Of a stretch of 32,000 nucleotides of DNA, positions 8,040 through 15,612 are shown one piece after another. The first letter of the stretch is position 1. Each line of letters begins with the position of its first letter. This DNA comes from Massilicoli timonensis. GTDB taxonomy: Bacteria; Bacillota_I; Bacilli_A; Erysipelotrichales; Erysipelotrichaceae. Made by a program: the position numbers and the translations under genes. The stretch is from the NCBI RefSeq assembly GCF_900199515.1, contig NZ_LT963434.1, positions 783,272-815,271 of the forward strand, read 5' to 3'. A model generated the notes under the pieces. It did not search any database. It saw only the letters and a list, made by a program, of their open reading frames with translations, and was not told the DNA's origin.

Positions 8040-8697
8040 TTGGCAGTACCTCCTCTTTGATCATATCTCTCATATACAGACCATCTATATCATCTTGCAA
8101 AATCACTTTTCTAAATGCAAGCCGCGCTTCTTGATCGCGCTTCATTCGCTTTGCATAATAGATCGATTCATCTACTGGATAAAAGGATACGAAGCAAAGA
8201 TGTTGAAATGCTTTTTGTGATTTCAAAACATATTGTTTGCCTAACTCCCCTAGTGCCATTGCATAGTTTAGTTGTTTTAATGAAATCTCATTACTTAAAA
8301 AAGAACGTACAAAACTAAAATAAGAATCGTCTGCGCGATACCCGATGATCATATCATATTCCGAAATATCGATTAAATAGTTTTTTCTCAACCATGCAGC
8401 ACCTTTTTCCATGATCGGTGTTCTTAAATCAACTTTGCGATGTTCCATCAGCAATGCAAGCCAGTGTAAAACGGTATATTCTGAACCGGATAAATCACAA
8501 ATATTTAAGTCATCTGTATCAATCTCATATTCATTCACATAACCATCTGTTCCTTCAGTACATGCCCATTCTTTTGCCAACTCCATGTATCTTGTGCAAT
8601 AAAATCCCTTGCCATAATCATTATAACTTTTCCCTTTTTCCAAAACTGGTTTCTGCGCGATTTCCGCAGACCCATGATAAAAAATTACTTTATTCAT
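8020..8697 (-). CDS. DUF3990-like protein with PARP/ADP-ribosyltransferase-like N-terminal motifs, putative toxin/effector
   Basis: 225 aa. VIFYHGS (aa 4-10), YGKGFYCT (28-35), VNEYEID (53-59), MIIGYRADDSYF (116-127). SD GGAGGAG lies upstream. The DUF3990 assignment is from memory of that family's conserved YHGS / GxGFY / ADD motifs. Confidence 0.65.
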   Translation of the reverse strand: MNKVIFYHGSAEIAQKPVLEKGKSYNDYGKGFYCTRYMELAKEWACTEGTDGYVNEYEIDTDDLNICDLSGSEYTVLHWLALLMEHRKVDLRTPIMEKGAAWLRKNYLIDISEYDMIIGYRADDSYFSFVRSFLSNEISLKQLNYAMALGELGKQYVLKSQKAFQHLCFVSFYPVDESIYYAKRMKRDQEARLAFRKVILQDDIDGLYMRDMIKEEVLPNDPRLR

Positions 8698-8739
8698 TGT
8701 CTCTCCTCCGTATATATTAATTGCTTCATTTGCATCTAT

Positions 8740-8768
8740 ATTATATCTCTATAGAGATATAATAGCAA
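8740..8768 (-). promoter_or_regulatory. Near-consensus promoter of the DUF3990-like/HTH pair, overlapped by a 22-bp perfect palindrome (candidate operator)
   Basis: Minus strand reads TTGCTA (8768-8763), 17 nt, TATAAT (8745-8740), 42 nt before the ATG. The palindrome TTATATCTCTA|TAGAGATATAA at 8741-8762 covers the spacer and 5 of the 6 nt of the -10. Confidence 0.6.
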
Positions 8769-8889
8769 TAAATCTGTCACTTTACTTCATTAAGAAAAAA
8801 GGATTGCTTCCTACCATTTATTTTTTCCAGCTGCACTGTTTTCGAACACACGTGTTTATCAAATGCCTTGTTTCCTAAGCCACATACGA

Positions 8890-8945
8890 AAATAACCCTA
8901 TATCGAAACATATCACAATGTATATGCCTAGACACAGGGTTATTT
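8890..8945 (-). terminator. Long-loop hairpin after the nucleotidyltransferase-kinase gene (weak terminator candidate)
   Basis: Minus strand reads AAATAACCCT (8945-8936), a 36-nt loop, then AGGGTTATTT (8899-8890), a perfect 10-bp stem with a short T run. The loop is far longer than in typical intrinsic terminators. Confidence 0.3.
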
Positions 8946-8970
8946 ACTTTATCATAAAGTCATACTATGT

Positions 8971-10725
8971 TTACAACAAATGATCTGCATATTTTTTCGC
9001 CATTTCATACCACTGGTACAGTGATTCTCCCATGATTGCACCGCAAGATTCCCGATACATTGCCCATACAAACCAATAATATGCAATGATTGCCGTATAT
9101 GCCATATAATGGAAACATCGCTGTTCATTGTAGTCTTCTTTCAGATAGGCACGAATAAATTGCTCTGCCTGATCAAACTCGTACATAGCATCGACGATAT
9201 AATAACCAATATCAATACCGGGATCAGAATATCCGGAATATTCCCAGTCAATTAAGATCACATCTTCATCTGCTTTGATCATCCAGTTAGGCCGATACGT
9301 ATCCCCATGACAAAAACACTTTTTCACTCCGTCCGCTTTTGTCATTTGATACAGCTTCCCAATCTTTTCTTTCAATGGATAAAAAGTGTGAAAGCAAGAA
9401 GGATCTTTTTTTACCAGCAGTTCTTCCATTGTCAACGCGTCTTCCCAAGGACGCATACCATAATCAACTGAAACCGGAATTGCGTGCAGCCGTCGCAGCA
9501 CTGCCAAAATTTTCTCAGTATCATCAAAGTTTTGATAGTCCGGTTCGCGAAAAGAAGGAATATAAATCGAGATCTTCCAGCCCTCGTTTATATCCATATA
9601 CACATAAGTCGGATCAAAGCCCCATTCTTTTGCGATTTCCAGCGAGCGTTTTTCATGACTTCGATTGATAATATTTTCTGTGCCATCACCGGGATGCCGA
9701 TAAATATAATCTACGCCATCTATTTGAAAGATGAAGGAAGTGTTGGTCATTCCTTCTTCAACCTTTCTAAAATGACAGATCTTAGCTTCTTCACAATGAA
9801 ACACCGACTGAATGTTACTGATGATCTTACTTTGGGTATGATGGATATACTGTTCATCAAATTTACGCAGTTCATCAAAATAATCAAACTCAAAGATAAC
9901 ATTCGCTGCATACTCTTTCAAATAAAACGGCGGCAGTTCCGGTAAATGATCCTTTACCAGCCATTCCCAAAACAAAGAATCATACATGCCGATGCTTCGA
10001 TCCGCTTCAGCAAGTTCAAGAAACTTAGACGCAAATGGCTTTTGCCAAAAGGCATGTCCCATTAAAATCAAGCCTTCGGCTTTCCCTTTCTTCATTTCCA
10101 CAATACGCATTTGTTCATCAGTTTCCACGTACATTTCATTTGTTCTATCCCGTACCGTCACTCCCGCATAAAATGACTGATATTCATACTGATGGAAAGG
10201 GTTATCCATGAAATAATTATCACAGGAACAAATATAGGTATTCTTCATTTCATTCCGTGCCAGATACAGACTTTCGATATTGTTTTTTATATTATAGGCC
10301 GCATTAAAAATGAATTTCACTTGATACTTCTCCTTTAAGTAAAAAAACATTTCCTTCTTATAGCCTAATACAACGGTAATATCTTTGATTCCGGCTTCCT
10401 GTAATTGTTCGATCTGCCGATCGATCAAGCGTTTTCCTTTTACTTCATATAAACCCTTCGGCTTTTCCAGCGATAAAGGGACAAATCTTGTAGAAGCACC
10501 GGCCGCCATAATAATGGCATTGTCTACCCGATAAGGCTCCAGCGCCTGTATTCCCGCAGCTGTGATCTTTCCGCTGTGACGATCAATATATCCTTTCCCA
10601 ACCAAACGTTCATAGGAAAGCGAATCTGAAAGTATTTGTGTCAAAGCCACTTCCGGCAATTCATTTTTTCTTTCGGTCCCTCTCTCATATAAATGATTCA
10701 AGATCGTAAACTCTGCTTTTGTCAT
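8971..10725 (-). CDS. Trifunctional-looking fusion: N-terminal winged-helix-like module, LicC-like sugar/alcohol-phosphate nucleotidyltransferase, and LicA-like choline/aminoalcohol kinase (APH fold)
   Basis: 584 aa. AIIMAAGASTRFVPLSLEKPKGL is the NTP-transferase G-loop, followed by ITVVLGYKKE. The C-terminal CFCHGDTYRPNWMI and VILIDWEYSGYSDPGIDIGYY form the kinase catalytic loop and DxD-type motif of choline/ethanolamine kinases. SD AGGAGA lies 6 nt upstream. Confidence 0.8.
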   Translation of the reverse strand: MTKAEFTILNHLYERGTERKNELPEVALTQILSDSLSYERLVGKGYIDRHSGKITAAGIQALEPYRVDNAIIMAAGASTRFVPLSLEKPKGLYEVKGKRLIDRQIEQLQEAGIKDITVVLGYKKEMFFYLKEKYQVKFIFNAAYNIKNNIESLYLARNEMKNTYICSCDNYFMDNPFHQYEYQSFYAGVTVRDRTNEMYVETDEQMRIVEMKKGKAEGLILMGHAFWQKPFASKFLELAEADRSIGMYDSLFWEWLVKDHLPELPPFYLKEYAANVIFEFDYFDELRKFDEQYIHHTQSKIISNIQSVFHCEEAKICHFRKVEEGMTNTSFIFQIDGVDYIYRHPGDGTENIINRSHEKRSLEIAKEWGFDPTYVYMDINEGWKISIYIPSFREPDYQNFDDTEKILAVLRRLHAIPVSVDYGMRPWEDALTMEELLVKKDPSCFHTFYPLKEKIGKLYQMTKADGVKKCFCHGDTYRPNWMIKADEDVILIDWEYSGYSDPGIDIGYYIVDAMYEFDQAEQFIRAYLKEDYNEQRCFHYMAYTAIIAYYWFVWAMYRESCGAIMGESLYQWYEMAKKYADHLL

Positions 10726-10754
10726 GATAGAATCTCCTAATCTGCTAAAATATT

Positions 10755-12317
10755 CTATACCTTTCCTTTTTTGAGTAATCCTGATAAAACTGTTTTTACT
10801 ACATTCATCTTACAGCTTTTATACGGTTCTCCATTCAGGATCAGTCCTTCTACCTGTAGATGATGCAATTCTTCTTTTTTCATCGCATATGGATTGTGCG
10901 ATAAAACCGTCATATCTGCTATTTTCCCACATTCCAGACTGCCTCTTTCGGTTTCATCAAAGCAGGCATAATAACCGTTGTAAGTACACATTCTAAGTGC
11001 CTGATGTATAGTGATCGCCTCTTCTTTATGATTCACTGCTTTTGCCATCCAGTCAATCGGATTTGGATCTGTGCATGGTGCATCAGAGCCGGCTGCTAAT
11101 ACAATGCCATTTTCCATAAAGGTACGCAGCGGATTTAACCGCTTTACCCGTTTCTTTCCCATAATGCTTTCTAAATATGAATCCGGCTCTTGCTTCCAGT
11201 CAATAAAGGCGCTTTGCACCAGTAGTTGAATCTGATATTCTTTACAAATCGTCATGCCGGTTTCTGTCGGCAGACATGCGTGAATGATTCCATGGCGATG
11301 ATCTTTTCTAGGATAGTCATCCAACGCTGCTTTCAAGGCACGACACGCCTGATCAAACGCTTGATCACCGATTGCGTGCAGTTCGATTTGTAATCCTTCT
11401 CGATTTGCCTTTTTACAAAATGCAATGATTTTCTTATCACTGTAATATAAAACGCCGTTGCCACCCTCCTCATCTGTATACGCTTCATTCATCGCCGCAT
11501 CATGAGAACCGAAGCAACCATCCAACGCACAGGCAAAGCAACCGCCGATCCGCGGCAGTTTTCTGCTATGCGCAGCTTTTGTATCGAGTGACTGGGGAAA
11601 TACTCTGATTTGAAAACCGTTTTGCAAAGACTGCGCAAACAGCTTTTCTAAAGTGATATCTAAATCTCTTTTGAATCCGACACCGCTTACCGTATGGATA
11701 CAGCCGATTCCTCGCTTCGCCTGAAAATCTAACGATTCCTGCATATTACGAATCAGATCGACTAACGACAGTGAATTAGTGATATAATTGGAAAATGCGA
11801 AAAACGCTTCTTGATTCATTTCGCCGCTTTCCTCATGATAGCCGCGCAGATGCTGTACCTTATCCTTCATTTTACCGAGCAGCTTGGAGTTAACAACACA
11901 GGCATGTCCATCGTATTTTACAACCATTACTTCCTGTTGCGCGCAAACGGCATCTAATTCACTGCGCGAAATCAGTCTTTTCTCCTCAACTGAATAAGGA
12001 GAAGCACCAAATACGATCAGGGTCTTCGCCTTTTTCGACTTTGCGAACGCTTTGATCATTTCCGCAATCTCTCGATTAGAGGTCGCCCCCATGACATTCA
12101 AGCCGCTATGGAAGGTAGAAAAAGAAGCAAAATGCTGGTGCGTGTCCACAAAAGCAGGAATCAGTGCTTTCTCTTTCAAATCTATTATTTCCGCGTTCTG
12201 ATACTGCTTTGGCAATTCATTTCCAACATAGATGATTTTTCCCTTATCTTCCACCAAGTATCTTACCACATCATCATTCGCATTGACTGTAATAATCGTT
12301 CCGCAATAGCACTTCAT
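10755..12317 (-). CDS. Amidohydrolase-superfamily metallohydrolase (YtcJ/Amidohydro_3-like)
   Basis: 520 aa. FVDTHQHF (HxH metal motif), ELHAIGDQAFDQACRAL, HRHGIIHACL, LAAGSDAPCTDPNP. SD GGGAGGA lies 6 nt upstream. Confidence 0.8.
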   Translation of the reverse strand: MKCYCGTIITVNANDDVVRYLVEDKGKIIYVGNELPKQYQNAEIIDLKEKALIPAFVDTHQHFASFSTFHSGLNVMGATSNREIAEMIKAFAKSKKAKTLIVFGASPYSVEEKRLISRSELDAVCAQQEVMVVKYDGHACVVNSKLLGKMKDKVQHLRGYHEESGEMNQEAFFAFSNYITNSLSLVDLIRNMQESLDFQAKRGIGCIHTVSGVGFKRDLDITLEKLFAQSLQNGFQIRVFPQSLDTKAAHSRKLPRIGGCFACALDGCFGSHDAAMNEAYTDEEGGNGVLYYSDKKIIAFCKKANREGLQIELHAIGDQAFDQACRALKAALDDYPRKDHRHGIIHACLPTETGMTICKEYQIQLLVQSAFIDWKQEPDSYLESIMGKKRVKRLNPLRTFMENGIVLAAGSDAPCTDPNPIDWMAKAVNHKEEAITIHQALRMCTYNGYYACFDETERGSLECGKIADMTVLSHNPYAMKKEELHHLQVEGLILNGEPYKSCKMNVVKTVLSGLLKKGKV

Positions 12318-12330
12318 ACAATGTCCTCCC

Positions 12331-13257
12331 TTATTTCTCTGTCTGCATGTTTCGATAATGCGGATCTATTTCAGCCAGTTCATAAAAATTATCAATTTCC
12401 ATAATATCTGTTTTTCTGCATTGTCTGATTTCTACTTGATAATGTTCTTTATATAAAACCAATGGAATGAACTCCCAAAACAGATCATAGCCTTTTTCTA
12501 AAGCATAAGCCGCTTCCCAATCCTTGACCAACTTTCTGCAATCTGCTTCATTCCAATATGTAATTTCATACTGATTAAAGCAGTTCGTGCCACCTTTGCG
12601 ATAATGCGAGGCATAGCCGTTTACAAAATCAAAGCACCAATCATCTGTTTCCAAAGCATAGGAAGCAAGATAATTGCTTTGATAATGGTATTTTTTAATA
12701 ATCGCAGGATTAGATAGCAAAAGATCGCCTGCACAGATATAACAGTTGCGAATTTTCTCCTTTGCCAACAGCGCCGAAGAGATATTGTTTTCTGTCTCAT
12801 ATCTGTCGTTGTCAATGAATGTTAAGAACGGATACTTAACCAGCAATTCATCAAATTTATCCTTCAAATAGCCTCTTACGATCGTAATGTCATAAATTCC
12901 CTTGCTTACCAGCGCGTCAAGCAGACGATCAATGATCCTGACTCCATTTACCATGACCAAAGGCTTTGGTGTATCCAGTGTGGCCGGCACCATCCGAGAA
13001 CCAAAACCAGCAGCAAAAATTACAGCTCTTTCCACACGATACGGCTCCAGACTAGCCAAACCGCTTTCCGTGATTTCCAAAGCATTGTCTTCTGCTTGTG
13101 CAAGCAAGTGATTTTCTAATAGGAAAGTTTGTTCTTTTATGACAGCTGTTCCCGATATAGCTAAGGCGTCTGCTAATTCTCTCCAAGAATAGTGTTTTTT
13201 TCCATGCTCTTCTATATAAGAAAGCAATTCAAATTGGCAGCGATTCAGTTCCATCAT
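12331..13257 (-). CDS. Winged-helix-like module fused to a LicC-like nucleotidyltransferase (cytidylyltransferase candidate)
   Basis: 308 aa. LEPYRVERAVIFAAGFGSRMVPATLDTPKPLV, ITIVRGYLKDKF, NNISSALLA. It is a clear paralogue of the N-terminal 250 aa of the 8971-10725 product. SD GGGAGGA lies upstream. Confidence 0.8.
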   Translation of the reverse strand: MMELNRCQFELLSYIEEHGKKHYSWRELADALAISGTAVIKEQTFLLENHLLAQAEDNALEITESGLASLEPYRVERAVIFAAGFGSRMVPATLDTPKPLVMVNGVRIIDRLLDALVSKGIYDITIVRGYLKDKFDELLVKYPFLTFIDNDRYETENNISSALLAKEKIRNCYICAGDLLLSNPAIIKKYHYQSNYLASYALETDDWCFDFVNGYASHYRKGGTNCFNQYEITYWNEADCRKLVKDWEAAYALEKGYDLFWEFIPLVLYKEHYQVEIRQCRKTDIMEIDNFYELAEIDPHYRNMQTEK

Positions 13258-13276
13258 TCATCCTCCCTATACGCAT

Positions 13277-14350
13277 TTATCGATATAAGCGCAATAATTG
13301 TTCTTTGGTAATGGTCAATGAAAATACTTTATGATGCGGCTGTTTGGCTACTTGTTCATACCAATTATAAACTTCATCTATATGCGGTGTTGCAACATGA
13401 AACAGCACGGCCAAATCTTTAATGATTTTTAGTCCATATGGAAAATCGGCAGTAAAATAGCGAGACTCCCAATCCGGGATCCAGCCATCTCCGTCTACTG
13501 CCTTTTTCATCGGGGAAGTCAATCCTTTGAACGCTTTGATCGATGTGATTTTTTCTGTCATCGCCCTTACACTGTGACTTTCATAATAATCTTGCAGCGA
13601 CGCAACACTTGTTAAATCTAAAGGAATGGTATCGCATAATGTTTGTAGTTCTTGATCACAGTCAATGAGCATTTGTGAAGAGGCGTCATCCCACTCTTCG
13701 TAAAACAAGAAATTTCGTGGATACTTCATACCTTCCCGATAGTTTTTGAACATTGTATACAATCTTGTGGTATGCAAAATCGGATTAGAAGGCGTTAAAG
13801 TAACCGAAAGATAATTATCCAAAGGAACACATGGCATTTCAAGGACCGCGGCTACCTCATTGCAGATCATTTGCGTCATAGAAGCGGGAATCACACCGAT
13901 GCGCAGTTCTGCTTTTCTTCCCAATTCATATACAGAATGTCCATATTCCTTTAAGCGGGCAACACTGTGCACTCTTTGAAAGCCGATGAAGGTACAGCCT
14001 TTTTGAATAAACTGATAAAAAGCAAACTCAGCATCGCCGGTACCGGGAACAATACCGATCTTATGCTTACTTGTCACATATGGCAGCATTTTCTCCGCCA
14101 TGTTTTCAAATGTCTGTGCCGGTGTTACCACCCAAACATATTCCGCATCAGCAAGCGCTTCTTCCATATTATTGGTTATTTTATGAAGCACTGCTGTTTT
14201 CAATAATTCTTCTTCGGCATTATATACTTTGATTTTTTGACTCCAGCGTTCCGGCTTCGACGTATATAAAGTTACATGATGCCCTTTGTCCGCATATTCC
14301 GCGGCCATTAACGTGCCGATATTGCCTCCGCCGATAATAGTTACTTTCAT
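13277..14350 (-). CDS. NAD(P)-dependent octopine/nopaline-dehydrogenase-family oxidoreductase
   Basis: MKVTIIGGGNIGTLMAAEYADKGHHVTLY is a Rossmann start, and size and layout are typical of the opine-dehydrogenase / Gly3P-DH-N family. I chose the ATG at 14350 (GGAG 8 nt upstream). The track start at 14359 is a GTG. Confidence 0.7.
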   Translation of the reverse strand: MKVTIIGGGNIGTLMAAEYADKGHHVTLYTSKPERWSQKIKVYNAEEELLKTAVLHKITNNMEEALADAEYVWVVTPAQTFENMAEKMLPYVTSKHKIGIVPGTGDAEFAFYQFIQKGCTFIGFQRVHSVARLKEYGHSVYELGRKAELRIGVIPASMTQMICNEVAAVLEMPCVPLDNYLSVTLTPSNPILHTTRLYTMFKNYREGMKYPRNFLFYEEWDDASSQMLIDCDQELQTLCDTIPLDLTSVASLQDYYESHSVRAMTEKITSIKAFKGLTSPMKKAVDGDGWIPDWESRYFTADFPYGLKIIKDLAVLFHVATPHIDEVYNWYEQVAKQPHHKVFSLTITKEQLLRLYR

Positions 14351-14361
14351 TTCGATCACTC

Positions 14362-15612
14362 CTACCTTTCTTTTTTATATGAACCGATGAATACAAGCAA
14401 CAACAAAAATGCGATGAAAGAAATCGATACCAGATATAAAGTCGCTGCCCCCTCTACATTGAACTGTTTTGTTACAGGAACTGCCAGCAACTGCATGACA
14501 ATGCTCACAAAGATATATATGAACAACATAAATTTCTGTTTTCGCATCACTGTTATCAGATAATTTACCAAGACCACAAAGCAGTTCATTCCCCCAGCAA
14601 GCAACAATATCATTAATGACAATTTATAATTGGTCAGATCGATATTGTAGATAAAGCTTAGAACCTCAATCCCCAATAAATATCCACCAGCCATGACAAT
14701 TACTGTCAAAAAGATGATATATGTAATATTTTGAAAAACGATGCGCTTAAACTGATGAAGATTATGCTCATTCCAAAACAACGCAATTCTTCCATACAGC
14801 GGCAAAAACACAAACATTCCCAACATATTGATTACCGAAGAGGGCATGAAGATCACACCGTAGATCGCCTGTATTTCTTCATTTAACACAAGTTCTATCG
14901 CATTTTTCGGGATCGATATGATCAAGTTCGTAAAAAACGCACTTGCACAGATTGGAAAACACACATATGTCAATCTCATAATTTTTTTGATATCGAAACG
15001 CCAGATCTTTTCTCCTGATCGTATCGTCAATTTATAATCGAAGAAATAAAGCCACAACAAACCATATACAGTCGCCGCTAAAATCGATATGTTCAACTTT
15101 CCGCCGACAAGGAGCAATCCAAGAAAAAGAAGATCGGAAACCGATGTTCTCACAACCGTAGATTTTCCGGATATATGCAATTTATTATGAAATTGAAAGT
15201 TACCGGCAAAGGCGTCTGCAAGCACTTCCGGGATCACAAAGAACGTAAGCAAAAAAGCAATTTGCGTCTTATAAGCATTCAACCGCAACAGATAAGCATA
15301 GATTGCGCAGCCGATTAGCATAAACACGATATACAGCACTTTAGATGAAAAGTAATCGCTGAATGAAAACTCTTTTTTTATATCGGAAACCTGATAATTG
15401 CGTGTTCCAAACCGCCCCACCGTCAGCAATAACTGACAAATCGTCCAGCCGATCGCAAATACGCCGCCTTCAAACGCTCCCAAAGTCCGCGTAACCAGCA
15501 AAAGCAATAAAAACGACGATGCGGAACTGCATAAACAGCCTGCCGTATACCAAATCGTGTTATCTTTCAAACTGACTTTTTTATTGAGCAGCCGATCATA
15601 AAAATCATTCAT
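14362..15612 (-). CDS. Wzx-like polysaccharide/lipid-linked-sugar flippase (MOP superfamily)
   Basis: About 416 aa and highly hydrophobic, with roughly 12 predicted helices by eye. Its position in the locus fits. The ATG at 15612 overlaps the licD stop by 8 nt (ATGAATGA). The track start at 15624 is a TTG. Confidence 0.7.
   Translation of the reverse strand: MNDFYDRLLNKKVSLKDNTIWYTAGCLCSSASSFLLLLLVTRTLGAFEGGVFAIGWTICQLLLTVGRFGTRNYQVSDIKKEFSFSDYFSSKVLYIVFMLIGCAIYAYLLRLNAYKTQIAFLLTFFVIPEVLADAFAGNFQFHNKLHISGKSTVVRTSVSDLLFLGLLLVGGKLNISILAATVYGLLWLYFFDYKLTIRSGEKIWRFDIKKIMRLTYVCFPICASAFFTNLIISIPKNAIELVLNEEIQAIYGVIFMPSSVINMLGMFVFLPLYGRIALFWNEHNLHQFKRIVFQNITYIIFLTVIVMAGGYLLGIEVLSFIYNIDLTNYKLSLMILLLAGGMNCFVVLVNYLITVMRKQKFMLFIYIFVSIVMQLLAVPVTKQFNVEGAATLYLVSISFIAFLLLLVFIGSYKKER

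Noticed and set aside
7311-8953. Imperfect ~15-bp inverted repeats (GATAAAGAATAAACC at 7311-7325 and GGTTATTTACTTTATC at 8938-8953) bracketing the DUF3990-like module, considered as mobile-element ends
   Set aside because: They are short, AT-rich and need a gap to align. Both coincide with hairpin or T-rich terminator-like sequence. No flanking direct repeat is present, so they cannot be distinguished from chance without comparative data.
9339-10171. Plus-strand ORFs 9339-9668, 9484-9945 and 9986-10171
   Set aside because: They are antisense to the nucleotidyltransferase-kinase fusion, with no motifs or SD. They are shadow ORFs.
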